NCBI GenBank assembly: GCA_031835245.2
Contig: JAVKOQ020000030.1
Span: forward strand, 248,001 to 312,000
Length of the DNA: 64,000 bases
Source of the DNA: Balamuthia mandrillaris
Lineage: Eukaryota
Direction: 5' to 3'
Part shown: one piece after another, positions 10,378 to 23,587 of the stretch
Position numbering within the stretch: position 1 is the stretch's first letter
Layout of the letters: the number at the start of each line of letters is the position of its first letter
Notes under the pieces: generated by a model
Told to the model about the DNA's origin: nothing
Seen by the model: the letters and a program-made list of their open reading frames with translations, nothing else
The model's database searches: none
Made by a program: the position numbers and the translations under genes

Positions 10378-12992
10378 CTACGGTAACGTCTCTTTGGATG
10401 AAGAAAGCGAAGTGGATGAAGATGATGTCGACGAAGAGGAAGAAAGAGGAGGCGAAGAGGCAGGAGAAGAAGCAAGAGGAGTAGGTTTGCATAAAACCGG
10501 TCCTCGTTTCGAAGGCGATGTCAAAGAGGGAGAACCCGGCGAAAGGGAAGATGACGAAGAAGAAGAGGGGCTGCGCGAAGACCTACTGTTGTTGCTCGGC
10601 ACGAAAGGACTGCTTGAGATTGCCATTTTCACAACAGGACCATCGGGATTGAACAACAGAGAAGATGGATTCGTCATATTCGTCGAAGAAGCAGAAGAGG
10701 AAGAGGAAGATGAAGAAGGAGGTGATGCGAGACTATTATGAAAGAGAGCACCTCCGCCGTTCATCCCTGCAAATGGCTGCGGCGGAAGTATCGAAGTAGA
10801 CGTAGTAGGGGATATAGAAGAGGAAGCAGAGAGTATTTGAGGAGCGAGAGAAGCAGGCCCTCCGCCTTTGAAAAGAGGACTTGCAAAATTTGGCATCATG
10901 CGAGCCATCTCTCCAAAGTGTTGTTGTTGTTGAAGTTGCTGAAGTTGTTGCTGTTGTTGCATTTGTTGTTGTAGTTGTTGCTGTAATTGTAATTGCTGCT
11001 GTTGTTGTTGAAGTTGCTGTAGGTGAATGTAATGTGCTGGATTTTGTTTGGAAAGCTGCAGGTGAGAGCGGCTGTGGTTCTGTCGCTCGTTCTCGAGGGT
11101 GAGCATCACCTGCAGAGTCTTTTTAAGGGATTGCAGCTCTCTCTTTTGGGCGCTGACTTTCTCTTGTAGCCTATCGAGCTTCTTGTCTCGCTGTTTGTCT
11201 CGATAGAGCAGGTTCTTGACTAAAGCTCTTAAAGTGTGCCTAAGTGGACTTTCCTGATCGCTACCTTCTCCCTCCGACTCTTCTTCTTCTGATGATGGTG
11301 GATCGTCTGATGACTCTTCCGACTTTTCTTCTTCTGCTTCCGCGTCGTCAAGTGATGACTTGTTCTTGTTGTTCTTAATTGACTCTTGGGCTTCATTTTC
11401 GGAGCTTGGATAGTATTCGTCCTCTTCACTCATTTTCAGCCGCTTTTTCCGCTCTTCGGTGTTGCTTCCTTTTTTACGACGAGACGTTCGTCTCTTGGCC
11501 CCGACTCTGCTTGTGGGGAGGTCTTCTTCGTCTTCATCGTCGTCTTCTTCTACTTTTTGTTGTGATTTTGGAGGCCTACCAGCTTTTCCTTTTCTTCCTC
11601 CTCGTCCTCGGGTTGGAGTTGTTGTTGGTGTTGACGGTGTGTCGGAAAATCTCCGTGGTCTTCCTCTTGCTCGTTTTTCAGAAGCTTGTCGCTCAGTTGT
11701 TGAACGATCCTCTACATAAAAGTCTTCGTATTTCCTATTTCTTTTTCGATTTCTTCCCGTTCCATTTCCACTCACCGTATGTTCAACTTTCTTTTCAGGT
11801 GAAGGAGAATCGTTTGTCTCGTTTGCTGTAGAGGAAGAAACTTTCTCGCCCTTAGCATTATTTTTGTTGGTGCTGTTTTGAAGGGATGTGATTGTCGCGT
11901 TGCCTGCCAGCTTGGCGGAGTCATCGAGTATAAATATCTCATCCGAGAGGCTGATTTCTTTGGTTTGAGAAGACTCGCGACATAGAAATACAATGTCGTC
12001 CTCAGAAAGAGAGAAATCGGATTCCTCCTCTGCCGCTGTCTCTCTTCGCTTTTCAGCAGCCCTTCTCACATTTGGAACGTACATGTCCCCGTGTTCCTGG
12101 TTCTGTTCTGATCCCTCTTCTTGCGTGTCTTGCTCCTCGTCCTTGTTCTCCTCATTCATCTTATGCAACAAATTCTCTACTCTCATTTCGCTTTGAACGC
12201 TGTTTGATGATCTCTGTTGTGGTCGGGCTTCAACTTTTCGTCGCGGCGGCCTACCGGGTCCCCTTCTCGCTTTTTCAACGAGTTCGCTCCTCTCGTCTTT
12301 CCCGTCTTCCTCTTCCTCGTCCACTTCCTCTTCCTCTTCCTCTTCCTCTTCTTCCTTTTCGTCTCCACTTTCTCCATTTTTTTCTGTTGATGAGATCTGT
12401 TTGAGTTTATTTCTTCCGTTGCGAGGAGAGTATCCTCTAGCTGCCCATTCTTTTGATTTTTCTCGAAAGATGCGGCGGGCTCGCAGAGTCTTCAGATTGT
12501 CTTGTTATAAAGTTCAAAAAAAAAAAAGAAAGAGAGTAAGTACAAGTGTGTAGAGAGCGGAGGAGAGGGAGAGAGAGAAACAGGCACAGACAGCACAAGA
12601 GAGCAACACCAAGCACACACCAAAAAAAGTGAGAAACAAGAAGAAAACAACTTACGATAGTGGTTCATCCGCATATGTTTCATGATGTGTTGCCACAGGT
12701 TATGCATGTTCGGCCCGCCCACCCGCTGCCGGCAGGTCGGGTAGATGCATCCAAACTTATCGTCAGCCCCACGCTTGGACAGCTGATAAAACTCTTTCTC
12801 TCGGCCCTTGACCTGCTCCAGGGTGAGGCCGTAGGTCGGGCTGGCAGGATCCTCCACCCCCACAGGGCCTTCCTGCTCTTCCTCCGTGGTCGGAAGCTCT
12901 CCTGCCAGAGAAGCATGCTCTACTGATGAGTCCAGGTCTGTCGTTGTGGGAGACTCCAGCCCAGGATGTGTAGTCGTCGTGGCCGTCTTCAT
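10378..12992 (-). CDS. Putative chromatin/transcription factor: single C2H2-type finger, AT-hook-like motifs, coiled coil, poly-Q
   Basis: Exon 12992-12656 contains FGCIYPTC...LWQHIMKH. Intron 12655-12501 (GTAAGT...AG) joins it in frame to the 648-aa ORF with GRPPRR, RGRPRR and GRPPK. Confidence 0.7.
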
Positions 12993-14445
12993 CGACAAAA
13001 AGTCTGTTTTTTTAAAGACGAAACGTTCAACGAAAAGAAATGTGTAGTGGAGGACAGAAAAAAAGGTAGTGTAGAAGGTACGTACTTTGGCGGCTGGCAC
13101 CCAAGTAGCGGGAAGTGTTTCTGAACAAAGAAGAGAACCAAGAGGAGACCTCCAGACTTTTTTTTTCGGTTTTTTGTTTTTTTTTTGGGATGTTTGCTTT
13201 TTGTTTTACCTCCAAACAAAGGGTGATGACCCAAAGGATCCCCTGGAACAATGCGTTCTTATTCGAATGGGGGTGCGTTGGTTTTGTTTGTTTTTTTCCG
13301 AAGTTGACTGCCTCGCTTTCTCTCCTTTTTTTTTCTTTTTTTTTTAAACAAAAAAAAAACACCACCAAAACACCCTTGTGGGAGGGAGGGTTCTCTGACC
13401 CCTGGAAAAGAGCTAGATACCTGAAAGCCTGGCCTGAACCCTGAAAAATAAAGTTGTATCCAGTGGCGTTCCAGGAGTAATAAATAAAAAGAAAAAGGCA
13501 GCCAGCCAGCCAGCCAGACGGAAAAAAACCCGACCAAGAAAAGGCCGCAGGCCTGCGTTTCTTTTTTCGATGTGTGGATCCTCCCAAACAAATGCACAGA
13601 GAGAAGATCGTCCCCCTAAAAAAAAAAAAACAAAAATGGTGTCTCTCTCTCTCTCTCTTTTGTTTCCCTCTCCTGGTTGCTGCTGGGGGTCCAATCCCAG
13701 AGGGCCCGTTTGATTTTTTTTTGCTGTGTTGCGATTACTTTAATTATTTGAGATAATTTCAAATAGACGCTGCTGTTTTTTCCTTTTTTTGGGCCGATAT
13801 TTCTGTTTTGGGGAACTGGCATCGACAGGGCGGGGGCCTGGGTTTGCGGGGTCTTCTCGCTCCTCCTGCTTTGGGAAGACGTTTCGCCCATCGCCTTTCG
13901 GTTTAGATTGACCCAGCTCTCTCCCGCTAAAGTCTGCAAAGCCTGGGCTTCTCAGGAGACCATCGGGAACACGAGAGGGCAGGTTTTTTTTAAAACAAAA
14001 TGATGCAGAGCTGAGAGTTGAAGGAAGGATCAATTGGAAGAGAATACAACCTTCACAACACAACCACAAACCTGAAACCAGGGCCAAGATGGCAACAACC
14101 AGCCTTTTTCCCTCTGCAGGATTTTATCAATCGCAAACTATTATCGATTATCCATACCGGATCAGATAAACTGGCGGAGTTTGATGGTTACGTTTTTTTC
14201 GCGACTCAAACCGTCGGAATCACCATGACAACCGGAACCTCTTTATCGATATTTCCGCCTTCCTTATCGTAAATTCACCAGCAACGCGAATTTTTTTGCT
14301 GTGCTGCCTTAAAATAATCGAGGCGACTTTCTTTCTCGTCTTCTTCTGCGTTTGTAACGCTCGCTATAACAAACAACAACAAAACTCCCAGCAACCACTT
14401 GCTCTCGCTCGGTTATTGTGAACAGAAGAAGGAAGGAACGGAACG

Positions 14446-15075
14446 ATGTTACCACGTGGTTCTCCCCACATCCACTCTGTCACTGGTGCTGCCCCTCCTC
14501 GTGCGCTGCTCCACAGATGGGCCGCTATCGGACTTGGTCGACGCTCCTCCTCTGCTCGCTCCTCTCCCTCTCTCCGCTCTTTTTTGACGGCCACGACCAA
14601 GAGGCAGCACGGAACGGCCGCGGCAGCGCCTGCATTAGCGCGTGACGCGGAGGAAACGAGCCGCTTCGCGGCGGAGGCCACTCGCGCTTTGGAGTTTAGC
14701 AAAGCGTTGCAGCAGCAACACCAAGGTCAAGTTCACCCGATGACGACGGAGGAAAGCGAAACTCTCTCCGTGAAGCGTGTGGAACGGTTTGTTATGTCTT
14801 CTTTTGGCTCCGGAGCTGTTTTTCTTTTCGCTCATCTTTTTTTTGTTGTGCTGTTTTCACTGCCTTCTCTCTTCTCTCTCTCTCTCTCTTCTTTCTCCTA
14901 TTCTCATCAGAGGACTCAAGTCGTTGCGAGTGGAGTGGAGTGACGGAGTGAAGAAGGACTTTCATTACTTGTGGCTGCGCGACAACTGCCAGTGCAAAGA
15001 GTGTTACCATCCCATCACGTTTCAGCGGCTTGTTGACACACTCTCTGTTAGTCATTTCTTGCTCTTCTCTCACTG

Positions 15076-15112
<37 letters not shown>

Positions 15113-16490
15113 GCTGCTCTGCTTCTCTCCTTGTCTAACCTTCTCTGCTTTCTTCGTTGGCAGATCTCTCGAGATATCAGACCGAACGAAGTGGAGGTGC
15201 AGCCCAGTGGTAAAGGAGTGAGTGTGCACTGGAAGGAGCATGACGGACAGACCCATCACAGCCTCTTCACCAACGAGTGGCTTCGAGACATCGCCACACA
15301 TGCCTTGTATAGAGATAACTTGTAACTTTTAGCTCTTCCTTTCTTTCTTTCGTTTTTTTTTTTTTTTTGCTTATTCGTTGCTTCTTCTCTTTGAACACAA
15401 GCCCAAAAGAAGCGTTGTGGAACAAAGAGAGCATCAGCAGCGTGGCTCCATTCCAGAGGTTGCTTACAAAGACGTCATGAACAAGAGGAACGACGATGGC
15501 CTTCGTCACTGGTTAGACTTTATCCATGCCTATGGCTTTGCTGTCGTTCGAGATGTTCCGCTCTCCGTGGAGGTATTCTTATTCTTGTTTGTTTCGTTGT
15601 TATGTCCCTCTGACTGACTCTCTTTTCGCTCTATATTTTACTATAGAGCAGCAAAGAGACAGCTGAAAGAATTGCCCACTGTCAAGCAACTATCTTTGGA
15701 ACCTTTTGGGATATCACCAGCAGGTCTTTTGATGATGTGGCCTTGGAGCATGGCGATACGGCCTATACCAACATTGGATTGGGAGCTCATGCTGATGGTA
15801 GCTATAGCATGGAACCTCCTGGGTATTACTTTTCCTTTCTATTGCTCTTTCTTGTCGTTTCTTTGCTTTTAATGCTCTTTATTAGGCTGCAATTCTTTCG
15901 CATTCTAGAACACGACGGTGTGGGTGGGGAGAACATTCTCGTTGATAGCTTCTTCATTGCAGAGAAGCTCCGCCGGGAAAAGCCCCACTCCTTTGCCTAC
16001 CTCAGCAACAAACCCGTTCGCTTCCACTACAAAGACAAAGACAACCACCTGACAACGGAGGAGAAGATCTTTCGTTTGGATGAGAGGACAGGACGCATGG
16101 TGCAGTTTCGGTACAACAACGATGACCGCTCCCCAGTCTTTTTCGAGCGGGAGGAGGAGATGGAGGAGCACTACGATGCTCTATGGGACTTGATGCAGGA
16201 GCTCAGAAACCCGGACAACATTTTTGAGATGAAGCTTCGTCCAGGTGACTTGCTGGTAACCAACAATTGGAGAGTTTTGCACGGAAGAAAAGGTGCCCTC
16301 CTTTCCTTTCTTTATCTTCTATTTTTTTTTAAAATTGCTGAGTCTTTTTTTCCTTTGGTTGTTTATAGCGTTCTCAGGGAAACGACGCTTGTTGGGATGT
16401 TACATGCGGATGGAGGACTTTTTGAGCAAGTCAAGACTAGTCCGTTCTCCTTCTTCCATCACCAGCGAGGCGGCGCTGCCGAAGGAATGA
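14446..16490 (+). CDS. TMLHE: Trimethyllysine dioxygenase (TMLHE/BBOX family, carnitine biosynthesis), mitochondrial-type presequence
   Basis: WLRDNCQCKEC Zn motif, GDTAYT, HADGSY (HxD), EPPGLQ, NWRVLHGRKAFSGKRRLLGCY. Seven exons: 14446-14786, 14911-15046, 15164-15321, ~15410-15572, 15647-15822, 15886-16292, 16369-16490. Confidence 0.88.
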
Positions 16491-17342
16491 ACCACCATTC
16501 ATTTTTTGCGGACACCAAAATTTTGTTTAAATTTTTATTTATTTTTCCAAATATAAATATCGAAAAGTGGAAATTTGGCAGATTCTTGTCCTTTTATGGA
16601 ATGCCACGTCATGTGCCCATCCTTTTATGGTTCATTTTACATTTTCTATCGCAACAACCGTCGATAACCGTCCAAAATTTTTTTCGATAAAGATGCGACC
16701 GTTAATTCTTGCTTTGCCCTTTTATTCTCGTGGAAAAGAAAGAACAAGGAACCGCGGGCGCTGAAGAAGAGAACTTGATCTTTGTTTTTGGACTCTCTCT
16801 TCCTTCTCCCTCCCTCTTTCATACTTTCATAAAGCTTGGTGCGTGGACCTTTTTTTCTTGGGTTTTTTATAAAAAAGATTTTTATTTTTCTTTCGGATTT
16901 TAATATGAAAAACTTGTGAGCAGAGGGCGAGAGAAGAGCCCACAGGGCGGCACAGTCGCAGCACTCCCGATCGAGGCAGCAAGCATTGTCCTTATCCACC
17001 AGTACGTCATGCCTTTTTGTTTTGTTTCATATTTTTCGCTACGACAACTTTGACAAACCGCAAAATAACAATTCGATGATGAGCAATCGCTCCTCTCTCT
17101 TCTTTTTGTTATTATTTTTTTTTGAAATACTTCTTTTCTATTCTGTTCTTTTTGAATTTTTTTTTTTTTGTGCTGCTCAAACTAAAATGGTTTTATATCG
17201 ATTAGAACGAAAGAGTGCAGCATACAATAGAGTTGGAGGCTCACAAGAACGAAAAAAAAAAAAAAAGAAGAGGAAGCGAAGCAAAGCGAGGGAGAACAAA
17301 AAACCTTTTACAAAAAAACAAAGAAGGCAGGACTGCTAAAGC

Positions 17343-19984
17343 ATGAGCGGCTCCGCGGACTCGACCTCTCCCATCAACAGCCCCCGCAAAGAGTCCAAGC
17401 TCAAGGCCTTTGTCTTTGATCGCAAGCGCCGCTCCAGCTCTCTCTCCCGCTCGGAAGGGCTCCACGTGACGACCTCTCCCAGCAGCAGCGAACCTTCCTC
17501 TCCTGTGCTCTCCACCAAACAAGGAAACAACAACAGGCCAGCATTGCCCAACGACTCTTCTCAAGACGCCAAGTCCTCCTCTTCGCCCACCGACAAAACA
17601 ACTACCAATAGCAACAACAATACAAGCGACCAGCAACAAAAAGAGACAAAAAGAAAGGACTCGTCGGAGATGGACAGAAGCATATCCAAGAGAGGCAAGC
17701 CGTTGTTCAGTAGCAGCGGCAACCTGATCGCCCACGCTGCCTCGCAGCAGCAACAGGGAGAGGCTGCTGGCTGGCTGGACATTCCGCTGTCACCGGGTCG
17801 CAGCAAGGTGGTGCTTGATGTGGAGGCTGGCAAGCTGGAGGGTATCCCCTTTTCAGGTTCGATCTGTTCTCTGTTTACTCTGCTCTCTTCTGCTCTTTTT
17901 GCTCCTCTATCTGCTTGTCTCTCGTTCCATCGGTCTCATTCTCTGTTGTTATTGCTGTTGTTATTTTTTTGAGCACAGACTTGCTGTTAAAGATACTGGG
18001 AGGAGATGATCCCGCTAAAAACTGCATTCGAGCACACACCAATGCTCGGACAAAGAAAACCAAGCGCGGTTCTTCCGCTTCTTCATCAACTTCATCTGCC
18101 TCTTCCTCACCCTCCTCATCCGACACTCACAGCAACATCCCTTTAACCATTGAGATTGTGGATGCTAACAACACTATCAACGATCTCACTAATATGAGAG
18201 CCGCAGCCGCCTCCAAGGCCAAACGACGTCTTTCCTGGAATATGCGACGAAAGAGTTTGGGACCTTCTGCCTACGTCGACGTTACGAAAGTCTCGATTCG
18301 TTTCGAGGTGGAAGTGAAAGATGAGAACGCTTCTAACAACGAGACTTCTCCTCGCGCAACAGCAGCCACAACCACAATCAAACGGAGAGACTCTGAAGAT
18401 GGCAGCGGTAGCTTACATCATTCGGATGGAGCCATGTCAGATGCCTCCCCCAGTGAAAGCGACATGGCCAATCATCACGTACATCCCGAAAAGAAGAGAG
18501 TGTCTCATAGCGATGCTCCTCCCACCGAAATCCCCCCCGCCTCTCCTGGGACGAAGAAACGCAGCAAGACCCTGAACAAGATCACGGAACAAAAGCGACA
18601 AGCCTTTGCCCGAACGGCCTCTACTCGAGGAAAGAAGAGCGGAGTGGTTATCAAGGAGTCTCTTGAGGCATCCTCCTCTAACACAGATGATAGTGATGAG
18701 AAAGGAGGAGAAAGCGGAGACAAAATTGGAGAGCCTCATTCCGGTCGTAAAAGTAACAGTTCCTCATCGGGAGGAAGTCGCCCCAACGTAAGAAAGACGT
18801 TCAGTCTTGTGGACGTGAAGACCTTCTTCAAGATAAAGCAAGATGACAAAGACAGCCCTGGCAACAACGAAGGAAATAAAGGCAGAAAGACTGCCGCAAC
18901 GCCTGTAAAGAAGAAAAGAACAAAGACCACCTTGGAGTCTTCGGACGGAAGTGACTCCTCCGCAGCTGAGAGCAAGAAGAAGAGCAAAAGTACGTTGAGG
19001 AGTCTTGCCTCAAGTTCAAAGTCAGACACCGGTGAGGGCGGTAAAATGACCAGCAAGAAATCGAAAGCCAAGAAGCAAAAGGTTTGTTGTTTTTTTTTTT
19101 TGACTCTCTCTCTCTCACTTTTTTGTGCTTTTTTTTGCTTCTGCGATGTTTGTTTTTTGTTCATTAACGTTGTTTCTCCAACAAAAAGGAGTTGGAAGAG
19201 ATGTCTCAGCCAGAAGATGACTCGGAGATTGAAGAAGGCAAACGGGTCACCAAAAAGGCGCGGCCCTCTGTTCCAGGCTCGACGCCCAGCATCACCCGCA
19301 AACCACCTCCCACGTTTACTGCTCCCAATTTCGACGTCCCGCGGGTGATCGAGTGGGAACGGAGCCCACCGCCCAAAATGGAAGAGTATGACACCAAGAC
19401 CATCCCACAAAGACTCTTCGAAATGGCGGAGCGTTATCCCTCTCATCCTCTCTTCTTGATCAAAGACAAGACGAAGAACAACAATCAAGAAGCGTCCACG
19501 GGTGCTTCTTCTTCCTCCTCCTCCTCTTCCGCTTCTTTCTCTGCCTCCACGAGCAGCCCTTCTGCAGAGCAGACAGGCAGCTCTCCTCCTACCACCATTG
19601 CTGATGCTTCTCCTTTGACCTCTTCTTCCAATAGCCTTCAAAACTCATCTTCTTCTTCGTTCTCTTCCTCTTCCGCTCCTGTCAAGAAAACGTATCGAAA
19701 AAACGTTACTTCTTCTGCCTCTCCTATGTCCTCTCCCAGAACTGGTGACACTGATGCTTCGGAATCGCCTTCCTCTTCCTCTTCTCCTTCTGCCTCTGAA
19801 GAGAGAAGGAGAGCAAACTCCTTCGCGACACTGGATCCTGGTGTCCCTGCTGAGTGGAGTGCACTCTCATTCCAGGAATGTTCTCAGCAGGTGAAAAGTG
19901 TGGCCAGAGCGCTGATGGGCTTAGGATTGGAGTCTGGCAGCAGGACTGCCATTTTCTGCCACAACTGCCCTGTAAGCTTCTCTT

Positions 19985-20025
<41 letters not shown>

Positions 20026-23000
20026 AAGGTTTCCTCACACTCTCCCCTTACAACACCAACATAAACAATAAGGAATGGGCGATATTCCATTTGGGATGTA
20101 TGGCAGCGGGTTGTGTTCCTGTTGGCATACCAGATGCAACTCCTTCCCAAGAAGCAGCTGACCTCTTGCGCCGTTGCAAAGCCAATGTTTTGTTGGTGGG
20201 CAACAAGGAGCAATGGGAGAAACAACTAGCACCAGTTTTGAAGGAGAGCAAACAACAACTCCGTTTTGTGGTTTGTTTGTCTTCTTCTGGGTGTGATACA
20301 GCAGCAAGAGAAGATATGGTTCTGCTTTCGTGGCGGCAGTTTATGAGCAGAGGAAAGCAGGTATCAAGCCAGGCATTGGACCAGAGAATCAACTCACTGC
20401 GGCCAGAAAAGCTTGCCACTGTATGTTATACCGCCGGAACATTTGGATCGTCCAAGGTAAGCTATTTTCTTTCTCTTCGCTTGTTCTTCTTCTTGTTCTT
20501 CTTCTTGTTCTTCTTCTTCTTCTTCTTCTTCTTCTTCTTCTTCTTCTTCTTCTTCTTCTTCTTCCTCTCTCTCCCTCACAGCTTTTCTTCCCGTTCGTTT
20601 TTTCGAACTTTGTCTAAATGGGTTTTATTTATTTAAAGGGAGTCATGCTTTCGCACCAGAATCTCATTTGGACGGCAGAAGCCGTCTCTAAAACATTGGA
20701 ACTGCGGCCAACTGACTGCATGCTCTCCTTCCTCTCTCTGGCTCACATCGCCGATCAAATGCTAAGCATTTACGTGCCGATCATTTCTCGCTGCCGCATC
20801 TTCTTTGCTGAGTCCATTCACACCCTTTCGCTCAACCTCAGGGAGGTGCAGCCGACGTTATTGTTGGCGCCACCGGAGCTGTGGAGGAAGCTTTATCTCT
20901 CGTTGAAAGAGCGGTTGGAGATATATGATGCTGGCAAAAAGAAGAAGATCAAGCTCAACTTGCCGTATATATCAGCGCTGTGGCATCATCTTGGCTGTGC
21001 GCGTGTTCGCTATGCTGCTGTTGGCTATGGTCACATGCCCGAGGTAAACCTATTTGCTCGTTCTGTCTTTTAAACAAACTCAAACCTCAACAACAACAAA
21101 CAACAGGAAGCATTGACTTATTTCCAAGAATTGGGAATGCCACTTTATGAGACTTATGGCATAACAGAAGTAAGTGGCTTTGCTTCGTTCAACCTTCCGT
21201 TCAACGCCAAGCTGGGTACTGCTGGTATTCCTTTGCATGGCGTGCATGCCAAGCTGGCTGAAGATGGCGAGATTCTCCTTCGAGGACCAAACGTGTTCAT
21301 GGGATATCTTGACGTACGTTCTACTCTTTTCTTTTTCTTTTTCTTTTTTCTTTTGTTTTACCGTTTTGTCATGTCTTTCTGTGTTCTTAAAACAGGATGA
21401 CGATGCAACACGAGAAGTGCTAGATGAGAAGCACCGATGGTGTCGCACCGGCGATTATGGCGAACAAGATCCTCCTCAACATAACAGTAATGACTCCTCT
21501 CCTGATGACTCTTCCTCTTATCTCATCCTCAGAGGTCGCAAAACCGATCAACTCTTATGTTCCATCAACAACGCAACGCTGCGAGTGGATCCTCAACGCC
21601 TCGAAAATGAGCTCAAGCTGCTCTCCATCGTCAACAACGCGGTGGTCTTTGGCGGTGGCGAGCGGCCCTATTTGACTGCAGTGGTGAGCCTGGACCCCAA
21701 CACCATGGCCAAGCTGGCCGCTCGCAAAGGTTTAGCCTTTGTGAAGGCGCTCTACCGTGCGCCCCACATCAACGAGATCACGCAGGCCATTCAGAAGCAC
21801 GTTGTGTTGGTGAATAAGAGAATGGCAACAACGATGTCCCAGCAGAGAGGAGGGGCATCCACCAGCGTTCCCACGTTAAAGAGATTTACGGTGTTGAGGA
21901 AGCAATTCTCGGTGGAGAGGGGGGAGCTGACGGCCAACATGATGAACGTGAGAAGAGCCGTTGTGGAGAGGAACTATGCAAGGGAGATTGAGAAGATGTA
22001 CAGTCATGTGCCAATACCAACGATCAGTCAGAGCAACAGTAATAAGGAGAAAGAGAAAGAAAAAGGAAGGAAAGGAGGAGGAGAGGCCTTCTCGCCAAGA
22101 GAGAAGAAAGATTCGAACCGGAAAGAGGGTGATGAGGATGATGACAAGGACGGGGCAGGAGAAGGAGCAACAACAGGAACAACAAGAGGAGGCAAAAGCA
22201 GCAGCAGCAGCAACAATAACTCGACCACATCAAAAGATGCAAACGGAGGAAGCAACAACAATACTAATAACAGCCAGTCACAACAAAGCAACGGTACAAG
22301 GCAAGCCTGCCACCCCTTTCTTCTCCCTCTTATCCCTAACCACCAGAAAAGAAACAATCTCAAAAACTGACATTACTTTCCTCAATAACAACAACAGGAA
22401 ACAAAAGCGTGGTGGCGGAGGGACACCAACAATGACAACAACAACTACCAGACCAGAAAGAAGCCAGACATGTACACTTATAATGAGCCCGCGTGGCGTG
22501 CTTGAGACGGAGACCAAAACCATGAATCCTCTGCTCTATTTCTCCTCTCCTGCGATTTCTCTAACCTCTTCTTCGCCGCCTCCAAATCCTTCTTCTTCCA
22601 CAGTTCCTTTGCTTAACCTTTCTTCTGCCTCCACCAACAAACAACCATTGTTCAACCGCCTCTCCTCCTCCTCTCGCTCCCATTTTCGTTCCCCTCGACG
22701 CAAACAGCAGCAGCAACACAACTCCACCACCAACATCCCCTCTCTCTCCGTCTCTGTGAAAACGATGGCCGCTCGTTTGGGCTCTTCTTCCTCTTCCTCT
22801 TCCTCTTCTTCTTCTTCCTCTGTGGAAGATACCCTCAACTCCTCTTCCCATACTTTTACCGACAGCACCGCAAGTCGAAGCGCCAATTTTTCGTTTCTAT
22901 CGACAACAACCAACAGCAACGACACCGATAACAACAGCAGCAGCACTCGCCCACGAAGCTTTTCCACTTCCACTTTTTCTTTCTTCCACAAAAGCAACAA

Positions 23001-23220
23001 CAACAGCACCACCAACAAAGACGTGGCCGCGTTACCCACAACAACAACAACACCCAGCACAGCCACTTTGAAAACGGGCTATTCTACCGCGCGATTAAAG
23101 AGTGTGAAAGAAAAGTTTGAGAACAAGAACAAAAAGGGTTCTTCTCCTTCCGCTTCCGCTTCCCGAACAGACAGTTTTCCTCCTCCTTCCAACGACACCA
23201 TCCTGCAAACCACGTATTGA
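17343..23220 (+). CDS. Long-chain acyl-CoA synthetase-like (AMP-binding, ACSBG/FadD15-like) domain with very long Ser-rich N- and C-terminal extensions; degenerate motifs
   Basis: YTAGTFGSSKGVMLSHQNL, SFLSLAHIAD, YETYGITE, GEILLRGPNVFMGYL, WCRTGDYG, RGRKTD. Exons 17343-17856, 17979-19081, 19189-19971, 20073-20456, 20639-21043, 21107-21313, 21396-22300, 22398-23220. Confidence 0.85.
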
Positions 23221-23365
23221 TATTATAGAAATTTTTTGATGAAAGTTCAATTTTTCTCCTTTTTTTTGGTTATAATTATTGATAATTTCTCCTTTTTTGT
23301 TCATTAAAATCAATAAAATTGTGTAAACTATCGGATATTTACGAAAAAAAAGTTAATTTTTTGGT

Positions 23366-23587
23366 TCACTGAGGCGCTCCTTCGCCCGCAGGTTTCTTCT
23401 GTTGCGGTTTGTTCTCTAGGTGTTCCTCCACTTTCTGGCCGGGGGGCTGCTCCTTTCCCACGTGTTGGTAGGGATGCATCTGGGTGTAGTTTCCCGTGGC
23501 GGGCGGTCCCACAAGCCCAGTCTCTTTGCCCCTTTTGAGCTCCACGTCCGCCCCTGGCTTGTCCGATTTGAGCTGCTCTTTCTCCAT
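23366..23587 (-). CDS. Small hydrophilic protein (73 aa), function unknown
   Basis: GC-rich intronless ORF MEKEQLKSDKPGAD...GEGAPQ in AT-rich flanks; TATTTAAAA about 80 nt upstream. Confidence 0.55.
   Translation of the reverse strand: MEKEQLKSDKPGADVELKRGKETGLVGPPATGNYTQMHPYQHVGKEQPPGQKVEEHLENKPQQKKPAGEGAPQ

Noticed and set aside
16905..17001. ATG AAA AAC TTG TGA followed by an open frame (possible readthrough/selenocysteine); Cys-rich antisense ORF
   Set aside because: Readthrough would not be in frame with the ACS-like ORF after splicing and no SECIS is evident; at most a 4-codon uORF in a 5' UTR exon.
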